From the NCBI GenBank assembly GCA_043228905.1, contig JBHGNT010000003.1, positions 10,230,001 through 10,294,000 on the forward strand: a DNA stretch of 64,000 nucleotides, in the 5' to 3' direction. The notes under the pieces were generated by a model, which ran no database searches, was not told the origin of the DNA, and worked only from the letters and a program-made list of their open reading frames with translations. Below, in pieces: positions 1 through 14,794 of this stretch; within the stretch, counting starts at the first letter, position 1; each line of letters begins with the position of its first letter. The stretch comes from Azolla caroliniana. Lineage: Eukaryota > Plantae > Polypodiophyta. Both the position numbers and the translations under genes were made by a program.

Positions 1-2113
1 GCGTACATGACCAAGGTGGCGGAAGTGCGTTAGCCGAAGAGCTATGTAGAAGCAGCGAAAGACGCAAATTGGTGCACTGCTATGGAGGAAGAAATGCAGG
101 CACTCGATGTCAACGACACATGAGATCTAATTGACCCTCCCCGTCATTGTAAACAAATTGGTTGTAAGTCGGTATATAAGGTAAACTACAATGCCGACGG
201 TTTGGTCAACCGGTACAAGGCCCGGTTAGTGGCGAAAGGATACACATAGACCCACGGAATCGACTACGACGAGACCTTCGCTCCGGTAGCGAAGATGACG
301 ACGGTTCGTGTGGTATTGGCTGTTGCTATGGCAAGGGGATGGCATCTTCACCAAATGAACGTGAAGAATGTGTTTCTTCAAGGTGACCTTGAAGAACGGG
401 TCTATATGAACCAACCCCCCGATTTTCAATCGAAGTTGAACAAGTCGTCGGTGTGCCGACTCAAAAAGTCACTTATTGGTCCAAAGCAAGGCCCCCGAGC
501 TTGGAATGCGAAAATCACGCATCGGTTGCATAAGATGCGGTTTGTGGCCTCAAAGTTTGACTCTTCACTGTTCATCCGGAAAGGTCTGGATGGTCCGGTT
601 AGTATCCTACTATATGTAGATGATCTAGTCATCACTAGACCAAGACTCGATGAAATCGGCCGAGTGATGTCCCAATTGTTGGAAGCATTTGAAATGAAGG
701 ACTTGGGGGACCTTCATTATTTTCTTGGGATCGAGGTGATCTGGACCCCCAATGGAATATTTCTCTTACAATGCCATGATGTGTTGAATATGTTGTACAA
801 GTTCGGCATGACGGAATGTCGATCGATCTCCACACCCCTAGACCGGAACCTGAAGCTACGTCCCGACTCCGGACCGGCATGCAATGAGAAACGGTTCTGA
901 CAAAATTGTCAGAAGCCTTATCTACTTGACAATCACCCGACCCGACATTAATTATTCGATTGTAGTGATCAACCAGTTTATGCACAAGCCAACTGTGGAG
1001 CATCTTCACCAAGCTGCTCAGATCAGACAAGTTGCAGCACTTTTCAGAGATGCTCGGCATTCAACATCTCGATGTGCTGCACTTAAGGGGGAGAATGGGA
1101 ACCGAAACGGGTAATGGCACCGGACAAGGAGCCGAAGAGAAAGAGGAATGAGCCAAGACAGGGGGAGATAAGAAGAAAAAGGAAGTTGAGTCGACTAGAA
1201 AAGTTGATATATCCGAGCAAGTCGGAATAAGCGGCGGTGGCGGCAAACTCAGAAAGGACACAACCAACCGGAAGGAGAAGACCAAGACCCGGACATGGTC
1301 CAATGTTGTGAAAGGCCTGAAAACGGAAGACGAGCTAGAGACTACCAACACGGACAAGAGCTGGAATGAATTGTAGACAACCGATTTGATTCAACAGTTG
1401 GATTCGGATAATTCAGATCAACTAAAGGTTAAGCGAATGACAACGCAGCGGAAGTCAATGCCAACACGGAGGAACCGGCCAGTCGACAAGCGCCGGAGTC
1501 ATGACGGCGAGGAAGCTGAGAAGGGCCTATTGCGTAGACATGTCGACCAAGAAGGTCGAGGAGTGCAAAACTGAACAGGTCGTGGAAGGAAGAACCAGAC
1601 CGGACGAGGAGGGCAAGCAAGGCGGGAGGACGCCAGAAGGAGTCGGACGGAAGAACCGACTACCACAGAAACTTACTTGACCTCAAGTTGAGCTTGAGGG
1701 GGAGTGTTGAGTGAGCAAGCTCAACTGGATCCAGATCGGTATCCGGAACGGAGAACCAAATCGATGTCTGGATGATATCCGGAACCAAGAGTCGGATTGG
1801 AGAGCCGAATCGGATTGAAACTGGTAGGCCGTTAGAGGCCTACGGATCCAGCCTAGTACGTAGGCATATTTTTGGGAGTTCGTGTCAATCGCTCGTATGA
1901 GCATTGAAGTACCTATCAGTCCTTTATGGACTTGTATAAAAGTGCTCTCTCAGCATATTCTATGTACACAGAGGAGTTTTATTTTTTAATTGAGTTTATG
2001 TTTTGCCATCTTTGTCGCTCCCGTGTAAGGTCTCCATTAAACCTTCTTCTCTACATTCTGTTGGTATCTGGCTGAGCCGGTTTGTCATACGCTTCCACAT
2101 ATTAACTTTAACA
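1..2113 (+). mobile_element. Ty1/copia LTR retrotransposon, family A, copy A0 (3' part; 5' end outside window), degenerate
   Basis: Copia RT motifs (YKARLVAKG, QMNVKNVFLQGDL, LYVDDL) at 1-1000; most of RNase H deleted near 1010; PPT GAGGGGGAG at 1696-1704; LTR TGTTGAG...TTAACA at 1705-2113, homologous to LTRs at 7049, 20539, 26431 and 59558. Confidence 0.93.
1705..2113 (+). repeat. 3' LTR of Copia A0
   Basis: TG...CA ends, preceded by PPT, homologous to other family A LTRs. Confidence 0.9.
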
Positions 2114-2508
2114 GTTCTCGACTAGGTCGGTCTTCGTCCGCATTCACATTCGGTCAAATCGGGCTCGACCGATCGGTTTCGACCGAGTCGACTCTCTTTC
2201 AGGTCGTGTTAGAATATTCATATTAGAAATAAGATGTTATTATAAATAACAAGTATATCATAAATAAAGAAATAAGAATAACTAATGTAACCACCTATTA
2301 ACGTGAGTTTTGTTCACTGTGACACAACTTTTGGTTACAAAGTTACATTCATGTGAGTTTTGATCACAATGAACATTCCCATTGCAAAATTCCCTATGAT
2401 CTCTATTGCCTATAAAATGTAACATCTACCATGAATACAATGTAATCTCTCTTTCTTCATAATCTTAAGTCATATGTATCAACTTGTTATCCTGAAAGAT
2501 CTACGAAG

Positions 2509-4188
2509 ATGGAGTCTAACACAAGTCCAAAAAACAAAACGTCAATGACAGGAAAATACACCATGGAGAAACTCAACGACAAAAATTATAAAATGTGGAA
2601 ATTAAGGATGATTGTAATCCTCAAAAGCACACAATTAATCGATATTGGTAAAGGTATAATACCAAAACCTTCAACCATCCCAAAATCAATAAAATGGAAA
2701 AATAAAGATTTAGATGCATGCATGGAATTAGTTATGCATCTAACCGATGAACAAATAGATTTAGTAAAAGATTTAGAAACATCAAAAGAAATATGCGATG
2801 CCTTGAAGGAATGCCACGAACCCTCAGACAGGACAACAAAGATCAATAACTTAAGACACCTTGTCACATTGGAAATGGAAGAAAGTGAAGGAATTGATGC
2901 ATTTATCAAGAAATGGCAATTAGCCCTCGATCAAACATTATCAGCAGGTAATAAAATTGATGACGATATGAAATTCGATTTAATTTTGGGTGATTTACCA
3001 AATTCGTGGGACACCTTTGTCACCACACATGGAAATGATGACATTTCGAACATGAAGAATATCTTCCTAAAAATGAAAAGAGAGGAGATTCAAAGAATTA
3101 AGGCAAGGCCAAACACAATGATGAATCAATGGCAATGACTAAGATTACAAGATTTCAAAAATCCAACTTCTCAAAGCCAAGATTTCAAAATTTTCAAAAG
3201 TCATACAAGCCAAATCAACCATCAAAGCAAGGAGCACTCAATGTTTCCACAATCATATTTAGATATTGCAACAAATTGGGACACATGGAAAGAGAATGTT
3301 GCTAGAAGCAATATGATCAAAGAAACAAAGGTAAAATGTTCAATGCCCAAGCACATTCTGCATTAATACCTAATGAAGAAGAAAACACATCCTTCATACA
3401 AGCATTCATGTCAGAAATACAAACTAACAAAATTCAAATGGAAAGATTATGGTACTTTGACAACGGAGCCACCCACCATCTCACCCATAGTCGAGAATGG
3501 TTACATAATTAAAATCGACTTCATCACCCACTTGAAGTATGCTTCGGAGATAATGGTACCAAGTTAGCTCTTGAAAAAGGTACAATTTATCTATCAATCA
3601 ATAATAAATCCAAAATTACAATCTCGAATATTTACTTTGTCCCCGGTTTAGCAAAGAACTTACTATCTTTAAGTGAGGCTACATCAAATAGAACGATAAT
3701 CGAATTTCATTACAATTGTTCTATAATTCGTTACAAGTTACCCACTGGAGATATAATTAAAACAACATGTCCGAAGATTGGAAAACTATACGCATTAAAG
3801 ATGATGGATCATTCGCCTATCGAAGCATATATAGCTTCATGCCATCAACAAGATGACCAAACATTGATATGGCACTATCGGCTAGGCCACCTACATCCAA
3901 AATCAATGAACACAATTCAAACACATAAACTTGTTGAAGGTATACCAACTAAATCATTTCAATATTTATCTATTTGTGAATGATGTATTTACGACCAGAA
4001 AATTAGAAGAAAGTTCCCTCACCATATTCATCAAACCAAGAGGCCACTCCGAATCACCCATTCCGACTTATGCAGGCCTCTATAAACACCTTCAATAACC
4101 GGTAATCGATATTTTATTACCTTTATTGATGACTTCACAAGATTCACTATAATTTACTTCATGAAGAGTAAAGCCGGTGCATTGAATA
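2509..4188 (+). pseudogene. Copia B gag, protease, GAG-pre-integrase and start of integrase (stops, frameshifts)
   Basis: KLNDKNYKMWK gag start, LPNSWDTF, WYFDNGATHH-type protease, WHYRLGHL, YFITFIDDF. Confidence 0.9.
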
Positions 4189-4491
4189 TGTCACGAACGA
4201 CTAGACGAGGCTAAATACTAAGAGAGAGAGAGAGCATAGATAAGAGGGCCAGAAAGAGAGAGGAAATAGACAAAAGGGCGAGAACTGAATTATGCTTCCA
4301 TAACTGGTGTTGTTCACCTTGATTGTAATCAAGTTGCACCCGAGTTTTTATACATAATGTGGAGATATGCATGTAAGCTAGGAAACATCTAGAGAGTGCA
4401 TGAAGATTCATTTTCTAGAAGTTTCTTGAAAGTTGTAGTGATTAACCTACAATTTAATAAGTTGAATCTTATACAATACAATAATGCATAG

Positions 4492-4564
4492 ATGGATGTA
4501 GCTCAACTAGTAAGGTTTCCCAATAAGACCAGGAGTTCATGGGTTCAACCCCCTACATTCCATC
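4492..4564 (+). ncRNA. tRNA-derived (Pol III A-box/B-box) cassette inside the Tcn1-like 3' LTR, antisense to the element
   Basis: A-box TAGCTCAACTAG, B-box GGTTCAACCCC, acceptor-like pairing TGGATG/CATTCCA, ~73 nt; anticodon arm degenerate. Confidence 0.65.
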
Positions 4565-4589
4565 GTGTCCATGACATTATCCTCCCTTT

Positions 4590-7048
4590 AAGGCCGCCTC
4601 CCAAGACCAGCGGCCGGCTTATGTGGGTATTGTTGATGAACATCGTGAATGGTCTCTGAAGCATTTTGTAAATGTGTAACCGGTTCCCATGTGGCATCTG
4701 AAATGGGGTAACATTTCCATAAGACCAAATATTGGAGTTATTGACGAAGATAATGGGAGTCAAGGAGTTGGTCAACCACATATTCGTCTCCCGTCGACAA
4801 TTCCACAAGTGACGGTGGAGGAGGTTGTCGTCCTAGAATTCGAGAAGGATGGTAGAGTTTGAGGAGGGAAATGTGAAAAACATCATGAATCCTGAATGTT
4901 GAAGGAAGTGCTAACTAGAAGGCAACTAGGTTGAACCGCTCGATGATACAGAAGGGGCCTAGTCTTTTGTAGTCCAAATTTGCACAAGGACGTGTGGTGG
5001 CGATGTGGCGACGTGACAACCAAACCATGCCCCCTGACTACAAACGTCGGTGCAGCCAAGTGATGTTGGTCTGCCTAATAATTATATTGGTAGCTAGTGA
5101 CACGGAGTTCCAGGGAGAGGTCAACATGGACATCGTGTAAAGTGCAGGCACATGTCTCTGTCGAAGGATTGACCAAAGTTGCAAGTATGAAAATGTTGAA
5201 ACGAGGCTGAAATCCATAGTTTGCAAAGAAGGGGGAAACCTTAGTCGAAGCATGGATACTATTATTGTAGGAAAATTCTGCCATTGCAAGGAAGTCCACC
5301 CAATCCTCTTGTTCGTAGCTCATGGTACACCTGAGGTATTGTTCGAGGATTTGGTTGACTTGTTCGGGTTGTCCATCAGTTTGAGGATGGTATGCTGCTA
5401 AAATGTTTACAGAAGTCCCGAATGTCTGCATAAGTCGTCGCCAAAAGTGGGAAATGAATTGAGAACCTCGATTAGAGGTGATATCCTCGAGTAAGCCATG
5501 TAATCCGACAACATTATTAAGAAAAAGCTCAACTATCTCTTCTTTGGAAATGGTTTTGGAACATGGGACAAAGTGAACCATCTTCGAAAACCGATCGACG
5601 ATTAATAACACCATGTCATGGCCACCAAACAAAGGAAGGGCGGTTTTAAACTCCATGGATAGAGAGGCCCATGGTCTACTTGGAATTGGGAGCGGGTGGA
5701 GAAGACCGTATGGCCGATGGTGAGCCGTTTTGGATCGAGCACATAAATCACATGTCTTGATAAATTCCTTGACAAATTTCCAAGGTTGAGGACACCAAAA
5801 CCCCCAAGATAGAACCTCCAGGGTTTTCATGACCCGGCCGGTAAGAGGATCATCATGATAGTTTTGTAGTACCCGTGTATGACACGATCCATTGGGAACG
5901 TACAAGAGATGATTACGAAATAGTAACCCATCCTGGGTTGTAAATTGGTTGAGATATGAGCTTTTCATGTCCAGGGATAGGTCATTGATGCGGGCCATGA
6001 TGTCTTTTGCGAATGGGTTTGACATTGTTGCCGTGGCGATCTCATTAAGAAAAGAATCATCATGCAACATGCAAGTGGCGAACATCTGAAGTTGATCGGG
6101 CCTCAACAAAAAATGGGATTGTTGCGAATATGCGTCATCCCCTAGGTGCAATGTGAAATTTGGTCGCCGAGAGAGGCCATAAACTTTCCCATGTTGAATT
6201 CCGGGTCGAAACAAGATGACCATCGGGCTTGCCTCCAATTCCCATGTACGACTGGTGGTGAAGTAAATTAGATTTTTGTGGCCATTCAACAATTGGATAC
6301 GATGTTGGGCCCCAACCAAATAGGGTCGCCATTCGGCGAAGGCAGAAATGATTGCTGCAAGCTCCTTGTCGTAGACCGGATAATTGATTTCTGGGGCTAT
6401 AAACTTCCAAGAGTAGAAGGCAATATGATGTATTGTGTCCCCGTGATCTGGTTGGGACAGGACAACTCTAATAGCAAAGTTAGAGGCATCAGTTTGACCT
6501 TGGAAGGGCCTTGTGGGGTCGGGGTGGACCAACATTGGGGCTGTGAGAAAAGCTGCCTTGAGGGGATCAAAAGCACTTTGCGCCACGGAGGTCCAAGGAA
6601 ATGGAGTATCTTTTCTAGTAATGATTCTACCTCTTTCAACCAATTAGGGACAGGCCAATTGGTGATTGCCACTACCTTGCGTGCATCCATTGTGATCTCG
6701 GAGGGTGAAATCACGTAGCCTAGGAATTCGATAGAGGTTCGATCGAATTCACATTTCTCACTTTTGGCATAAATCCCATGTTCCCGAATTTTGGAGAAAT
6801 ATATTGTTCATCATATGGTTGAAGACTGCGGGGGTGTTGGTGAGACCGAAAGGCATCAACTTGTACTTGAAATGTCTATAGCGTGTTCGGAAGGTTGTTT
6901 TCAAGTCGTCTCCAAGCTTGATACACACTAGATTGTAGGCTCCCCGAAGGTTGATTTTGGAGAAGATACGCCCGGTTCGAAGTTGGTCAAGGACTGTTGG
7001 AATTAAAGGTAAGGGATAACAATTATGTACCATAATTTTTTTGAGACC
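4590..7048 (-). pseudogene. Tcn1-like pol 3' part (RT, RNase H, integrase, chromodomain)
   Basis: ORFs 6758-7033, 6397-6714 and 5075-6643 carry [29 protein letters not shown]. Confidence 0.92.
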
Positions 7049-10000
7049 TATAAAGGTTAATATGTGGAAGCTTGTAGATGAAACCGGCTTACAAAAGAAA
7101 ATAGAAAACAGAGATAAGGTTTAATGGAAGCTTGAATACACGGGAGAGACAGAGAGAGAGCAGAACAGAAACTTTATTCAAAATAATAACATTGTCTATA
7201 TACAAATGTCCTACAGAACACTAACAAAAGTCCTTAATGGACTGAAAGAAGTCCTTACATATACTTCAATCCTCATATGAGCGAGTGACACTAACTCCAA
7301 GGAATATGCCTACGTAATAGGCTAGATCCGTAGGCCTTTAACGGCCTACCGGTTACAATCCGATTTGTCTCTTTCATCTGGGTCTTGGTTTCGGATACCG
7401 ATCTGGATACTTTTCCGGTTCTTCGTTCCATATACTGATTCGGATCCGGCTTATTCAACCGATCTGAATCCGATTGAGCTTGTCCGCTCAACACTCAACT
7501 TGAGGTTGGATCAAGCTGTCAGTGTTTGCCGGTCCTTTCCTCCGGCTCCTCCCGGTGTCTTCCCGCCTTGCTCACGCTCCTTTTCCCGTCCAATCCCACT
7601 TCCGACAACCCGTCCCATTCCGCGCTCCTCGACATTTTTGGTTAGCTTGTATGCTCATAAGGCCCATTTTAGCTCCTTTGTTGCTGTGACTTCCGCACTT
7701 CTCGACCCGTCAGTTCCTCCGTGGTGGTGACAACTTCTGCTGCCTTCTTGTCCGTTTGGCCTTTAGTGGAACCAACTCCTCCGAATCAAATACGTTCGGG
7801 TCATTAGACCACGTTCGAGTCTTGGCCTTCTCCTTCTGGTCAGCTCTATCCTTCTGAAATATACCACTGTCGCCGCTTGTTCCGACTTGCTTGGATTCTA
7901 CCACATTAGCTTCCTTGTCTCCCCTTGTTTTGGTTTCCCTTTCTCCGGCTCCTTGTCCGGTGTCATTACCTGCCTTTCTGGTTTAGGGTTGGAGACCAAG
8001 CCACTCTGAAAAATGCTACAACTTGTCGGTTCCTAGTGCCTTGGTGAAGATGTTGGCAACCTGCTGATCTGTGCAAACATACCGGAGTTCAACTTCACCG
8101 CTGAGGACCCGCTCATGCACAAAGTCAACATTCAACACATAATGTCACTGACACAACAATATGTCGTCAGGGGTGTGGATCACTTCGATCTTGAGGAAGT
8201 AATGAAGGTCCCCCAAGTCCTTCATTTTGAATGCATCTGACAGTTGGGACTTCACTCGCCCGATTTCAGTGAGTCCGGATCCAGTGATGACTAGATCATC
8301 CACGTAAAGCAAGATGCATACCGTACCTTCCAAACCTTTCCATATGAACAACAAAGGGTCAGACTTTGAGGCCGCAAACCCCATCTTACGCAACTAGTGC
8401 GTGATTTTCAAATTCCAAGCACGGGGAGCTTGCTTCAAGCTGTAAAGTGACTTCTTGAGTCAGCACACTACCGACTTGTTAATCTCAGACTAAAATTCGG
8501 GGGGCTGGATCCTGTAGACTTTTTCCTCAAGGTCATCTTGAAGAAACACATTCTTCACGTCCATTTGGTAAAGATGCCACCCCCTTGTTGCAACAACTGC
8601 TAGCACCACACGAACCATTTTCATCTTCGCTACCGGAGGGAAGGTCTCTTCGTAGTTGATTCCGTCGGTTTGCGCATATCCTTTCGCCACTAACTGAGCC
8701 TTCTACCGGTTGACCGAACCATCGGCATTGAATTTCACCTTGAACACCCATTTTCAGCCAATTGGTTTGTAGTGTCGGGGAGGGTCAACCAGGTCCCATG
8801 TGTCATTAGCATCAAGTGCATGCATCTCTTCCTCCACAGTGGCACGCCAATGTGCATCTTTTGCCTCTTCTGCATAGCACTCTGGCTCACGCACTTCTGC
8901 CACTTTCATCATGTACGCATAATGATGTGTGATATAGTGTGTACCCAATGCCGTTTGACCAGGTTCTTTTGGTGGGTCGATCAACATAACTTCTTGTTAC
9001 CCGATTTCGAGGCCTTTTTGGCCGACTCGGACTTCGTGACCGTAGGTCCGTTTTCGTTTCTTTCAAAGTCGGATTTGCTCTGATCCAACTCTTCTTTGCT
9101 AGTGTCATATTCCAACATTTTCTTCTTTTCTTTCTCTTTGCATGTGAACCGCCTTCTCGGTTCCTTATGCATGGAAAGCATGGCTGAGTTTTCGCTTCTC
9201 GCCAGCCCTTCATCTTGCTGGCCTTTCCGACTCAACTCTTCATTGGGCCCGCTCAACCGAAATGAGATCAGACTCTCATCTAGAGTACTGAATCCTTCTT
9301 CATCTTCTGCAGGGATCGTCTCTGGCTCACTGGACTCATCTTCCGGAATCGGGTCGGAGTCGGGGGTCCGAGACGATAGAGAGTACCAAGATGCCGACTC
9401 ATCAAATTTGACATCTCGGCTTACTCGGACTTCCTTTGTCTTGGGATTGTAACACTTGTATCCCTTTTTCTCATGAGAGTAGTGGACCAAAATGCACTTC
9501 TCTGACTTCATGTCCAACTTCCTCCTCTTCTCATCCGGCACATGCACATAGGCAATGCTACCGAATATCCTAAGGTTCCTTACATTTGGCTTTTGTCCGA
9601 AATATAGCTCGTGTGTTGACACCTTATCCTCGATCCGGTTTTGGATGTAGACGACCGTCCGGACCGCCTTGGCCCAATAGAACCTTGGTATGCTCTTCTC
9701 CTCCAATATCGCCCATGCCGCCTCCACAATCAACCAATTCTTCCATTCTGCAACACCATTTTGTGCCGGTCTGTATCTGCAACTGAATTCTCGCCAAATT
9801 CCCTTTTGTTGCAAATCACTATTGAATTGGCCGAAAAAATATTCTTTTCCGGCATCCGACCGCAGACACTTGATCTTTCGCTCCGTTTCCCCTTCGACAA
9901 GGCTTTGTAGGTTCCGGAAACAATCGAAGACTTTCCTTTTCTTCTCGATGACATAGATCCACGTGTGCCTACTCAAGTCATCCATAAAGGGGAAGAAATA

Positions 10001-10459
10001 TCAACTCCCACCAAGGCTAACGTTCTGTGCCAATTCCCATACATCCAAATGTATCAACTTGATCTTGCTGCAATCCGACTTCTTTCGGTGGGGAACGGAA
10101 GCCGGTGTTGCTTCCTGAGCTAGTAGGCTTCACAAATTTGGGCCTTCCAGTTACTAAATTTCGACAATCTGAAAACAACCTGTTTCAATTGTAGGTCTTA
10201 AAGCCTCTGATAGTTGACGTGGCTGATCCGCTTGTGCCATAAGTCGATATCCGACTCGACCCCCTTGCCAACCCCCTTGTCTAGTCTTTGAGAATCCGGA
10301 TTTATCTGAATCAGTAAGCTTCTTCCAGCACTCGCTCTCCTGGCGACAATTCCTACCACAGTACCAACATTCTGTGTCAGCCTTCCCTTGTCGGTTTCCG
10401 CTGTTGATTTGACTCCCCCTGCTTGTCGAGTTTCTGGAACTGATGTCGGCACTATCTCT

Positions 10460-10719
10460 TGTATGGAATAGCGCTCGGCCGCAACCGAGTCTCAATCTTT
10501 CAATGGAAGAAACATAAATAGAAATAAATATTAATGCACATACATAGAATGAGACGACACAATATTTTTATGTGGAAAACCTCAACAGGCAAAACCACGG
10601 GAGTACGCAGACTCCGAACAAGATGACCATAGGGCATAGGTACTACAATGTGAGATGCAGAGGCAACAACCTCGAGCTCTGTCTTCGTCAATGGGCGGTT
10701 ACAATAGAAAAGCTTTCTG

Positions 10720-10757
<38 letters not shown>

Positions 10758-13700
10758 CAACAATAATGATCAGCAACAACAACTCACATATTTTCCCTAA
10801 GGTATATTTATTCTTATATAACTTATGAGCTATTTACAAATGTAGTCTCAATGGCCCATATGAATATTTACATATCTGTCTCTTTTCCGGTTCCATCCAT
10901 CCCGCTTTTGGGTATCCTTCTGGATCCATTCGATATTGCTTCCTCCTCCGGATCCTCCGATTCGGTTCGACTGGTTCCCATTCGGAGGCACTGATATCTC
11001 AACAATCTCCCACTTCACTCTTGCATGGGGTCTTCGTCAACCTGATCCGTCTCTGGCATGTGTCCAGCTTATTGGCTGACAGCACCTTGGTCAGCATATT
11101 CGGCCCGTTCTCCTTCGTATGGATCTTCGTGAGTGAAAATTCTTTATCTTCTACCTTTCTCCCGGAGCCAATGATATCGTCTTTGGATGTGCTTGGTTCA
11201 GGAATGGTAGGTTGCGTTCTTCACGAGGTGGATGACACTTTGACCCGGAGTTCGTTGTCTTCCTCTCTGACTCCCAATCGGTAATAGTCTTATCTTCCAT
11301 GAGGACTATGTCTCGACTCTGGAAAACCTTATTGTCGACCAAGTTCCACACTCGATAGCCAAACTTATCATCGATGTATCCAAGGAATATGCATGGCCGA
11401 GACTTTGGATCCAACTTTGCTCTCTTGTCCTTTGCTACATGCATGTAGGCAAGGCAGCCGCACACCTTCATATGCCCGTAAGATATGTCTTTACCGGTCC
11501 ATACTCTCTGTGGTGTGTCTCCATCTAAGGGTGCAGAGGGTGATCTGTTTATCACATAGGTCTCCGTCATCAGCACCTCAACTCAAAACTTCTTGGACAA
11601 CTTACCATGGAGTACGGACTCTCTCCATCACAGTTCGGTTCATCCTTTTAGCTAATTCGTTCAGCTCCGGTGTCTTCGGCATGGTAAATTCGAGCTGGAT
11701 TCCCTTCGACTGGCAGTACTCCTTGAATTACCCCCTGTACTCTCCATTGTTGTCGGTTTGAACTGCCTTGAGCTTCCGACCGATTTCTCTTTCCACTCTT
11801 GCATGGAGCTCCTTGAAAACACTCAATACCTAATCATTCGCCTTTAGCAGTGACATCCACAACTTCTTGTTGTGGTCATCTATGAATGTCACGAAGTACT
11901 TTGACCCATCATGTGACTTCGTGTCCACCTGGGTTACATGGGTATACACAAGCTCTAGTGGTTCTTTCTGTCTGGACGTTGGTCACGACCGGAAAGAGGT
12001 TTGGTTCTACTTGCCGGCCAAACAATCAGTGCACTTCTCAAGCTGCACGTCTTTCACTTTCAGAATGAGGTTATCTTCGGCAAGTCTCCGCATTCCCATC
12101 TGGCTCATGTGGCACAATCTCTTGTGCCACAACTCACTGGCAATGTCAGATACTACGTTCACTTCTTCCCGGCATATCCGGGCATGCATCAGATACAATG
12201 TGTTGATCTTCTAGGCTCGAGCCACGATCAGAATCCCTTTGCTGAACTTCATGACTTTGTTCCGGATGCTACCTGTGTAGCCTTCATCATGTAGCCTACC
12301 GACTGATATCAAGTTCAACCGAACCTCCGGAACATGTTGGACATCTTTCAATAGCAACTTGCACCTGCTTGACGTTGTCAGCAATACATCTCCTATGCCA
12401 ACAATTCGGCATGCACCTTCATTCCCCATCCAGACACAACCGTGATCTTCGCTTTGTAGGATGAGAAGCACTTCTGGTCAGTGGTCAGATGGAACGACGC
12501 CCCGGAGTCGACCACCCACGTCGTTTCGTCACTGAGAAGATGTAGCTCACTCTCCTCGATGATAAGCAGCAGATCTTTTGCACTTGTCGTTATTGTCGAA
12601 GGCCTTTTCTTATCCTAACTCCTCCACTTCGGACCCTTCTGAGAGTCGGCATTGTCAGCTCCCCCTTTCTCCTTCTGGAAATGCCGGCAGTTCTTCTGGA
12701 AGTGCCCCGGTTTCCCACAATAGAAGCATGTGGGCCCCCCCCTTGACTTTGACCTCGTCCCTGACTTTTCCCGGTTCTAGAGACTCCAATTCCGACCTCT
12801 TCCCCGGTTATTGTCATCTTGCGTAACCAAGGCCTTCGTATCGGTTCCGAATTCCTAGTCCTTGCGGTGAGCTTCTTCGTTTAGCAAACTTGATTTCACT
12901 CTTGCCAAGGACAAGTTCTTTCCTTCCGGTCCGGCATTGCCCAGACTGACAACCAACGTCTTCCACCTATCCAGGAGGGATCCGAGCAATAACAATGTCA
13001 ATACCTTGTTGGCTAACAAAACTTCGAACGAGGTATTCTATTTTATCAGCCCTTGGAAGCCATGCATATGCTCTGCCATGTTGGCGCCGTCTAGATACTG
13101 GAGCCTCACTATCTTCCGAAATAGCAAGATCCGATTTATGGCGTTGTTGTTCCCCAACATTGTGCCAATATTCTCCTAGAGCTCATTGGCCTTGTTTTCT
13201 TCATTAAAGTTGTTGTACAGGCTCATGTCGATGAAGCATCAACTGTATGCCATCGTTCTCATGTGCATTACCTCCTAGGTCACGACATCGATCTGGTTTG
13301 CTCTTGCATCTCCAAACTGTACTAGTAGCCAGAGATTTTTGACCACCAACATGTCCCTCATCTTCGACTTCCAACATGCCGGTGAATGGATCTTCCATGC
13401 TCTAATACTAAATTGTACGGAATAACGCTTGGCCACAACTGAGTCTCAATCTTTCAATGGAAGAAATAGAATAGAAATAAAGATTAATGCAAACTCAGAT
13501 TCAAAGACAACGACCTCGAGCTCTGTCTTCGCCATCCAGCAGTTACAACAAAAAAGCTTTCTGTATCTCTCTTTCTCGCTCTCTCTCTATACAACAATAA
13601 TGATGACCAACAACAACTCACATATTTTACCTAAGCTATATTTATATTTATATAACTTACGGGCTATTTATAAATGTAGCCTCAACGACCCATACAAAAC

Positions 13701-13894
13701 ATATTTACATATCTGTCTCTTTTCCGGTTTCATCCAGTTCGGCTTCCGGATATCCTTCCGGATCCATCTGATATTGCTTCCTCTGATCCGGCTTGATCGG
13801 TCCCCATCCGTCAATATATATGTATTGTATCGAAACTTACCTATAGTATGGAAGATATGAAACGGATTTTCTTGAAGGGGCGGATATCTCAACA
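10460..13894 (-). mobile_element. Ty1/copia element E, internally deleted (RT and most of RNase H missing)
   Basis: Perfect TSD TCTCT; LTRs 10460-11004 and 13414-13894; degenerate PBS(Met) 13399-13410; gag, protease WVVDSGASFH, integrase KLDPKSRPCIFLGY. Confidence 0.9.
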
Positions 13895-14794
13895 TCTCTG
13901 TGCCTCTGATTTTGCTCTTGCCGGCTACCGCCATTGCGTGCCGACCCACCTCGTCCTCCATACCCACGGTGTTACGGGCATGACCATATAATATCCCGTG
14001 GTGAGAATTTACCGTAGTATTCTATACACGTGGATAAGTGTGAGGGTTAAACAAGAGTGTAAAGAATGGGAGGATTACTTTTAATCCTCAGGATTGAAAC
14101 AACCCATTAGGCCAAGTGTGAACTTTCCTGGGGGCCTTGGATCTCCCGTACAATTTATATTCGATTCGGGAAGGTCACAGAAGTTTTTGAAGGATCTTTT
14201 GGTTTAGATATGGGGAATCCAACCCACCATAAGTGATCACACCTATAGGGTGCACTTGGCTGATGGAAGAGTACACTACATCAATGGGTCGATTCATTCA
14301 TTAGGAATTTCTATTGATACTTATATAGAGGAAGTAGACTTCCATGTAATGAATCTTTGTACCACTTATGTAATACTAGGTTATCCCTGGTTTTATAATA
14401 AGAACTCTTCTTTGTCTATTGATTGGGTTCACCATTCCATCTCCTTTGTACTGAACAATTGTACTCATTTTATACAGTGTGTTAAAAAACAATCTCTTTC
14501 GATTGTTTCCTCTCCATCAATATCCGAGTTGTCTTGTTCTACTTTATTTTATTATGTACTTGATCCAGACATTCACGTTTACAATATCGATAATGTCTCG
14601 GTTCAATTATCATATTTTGAACAATGACAACTCGATGAAATCTTAAATGATTTTCGTGATGTTTTTCTGAGTGAACTACCATATGGGTTACCTCCGAAAC
14701 GTATATATGTTAGGAATATTTCCCTCCAATGGGAGGAGTTTTCTGCTCAGAGAGAGCCGACAATTGAGTTGATTGAGGTCGAAGACACGACCGG

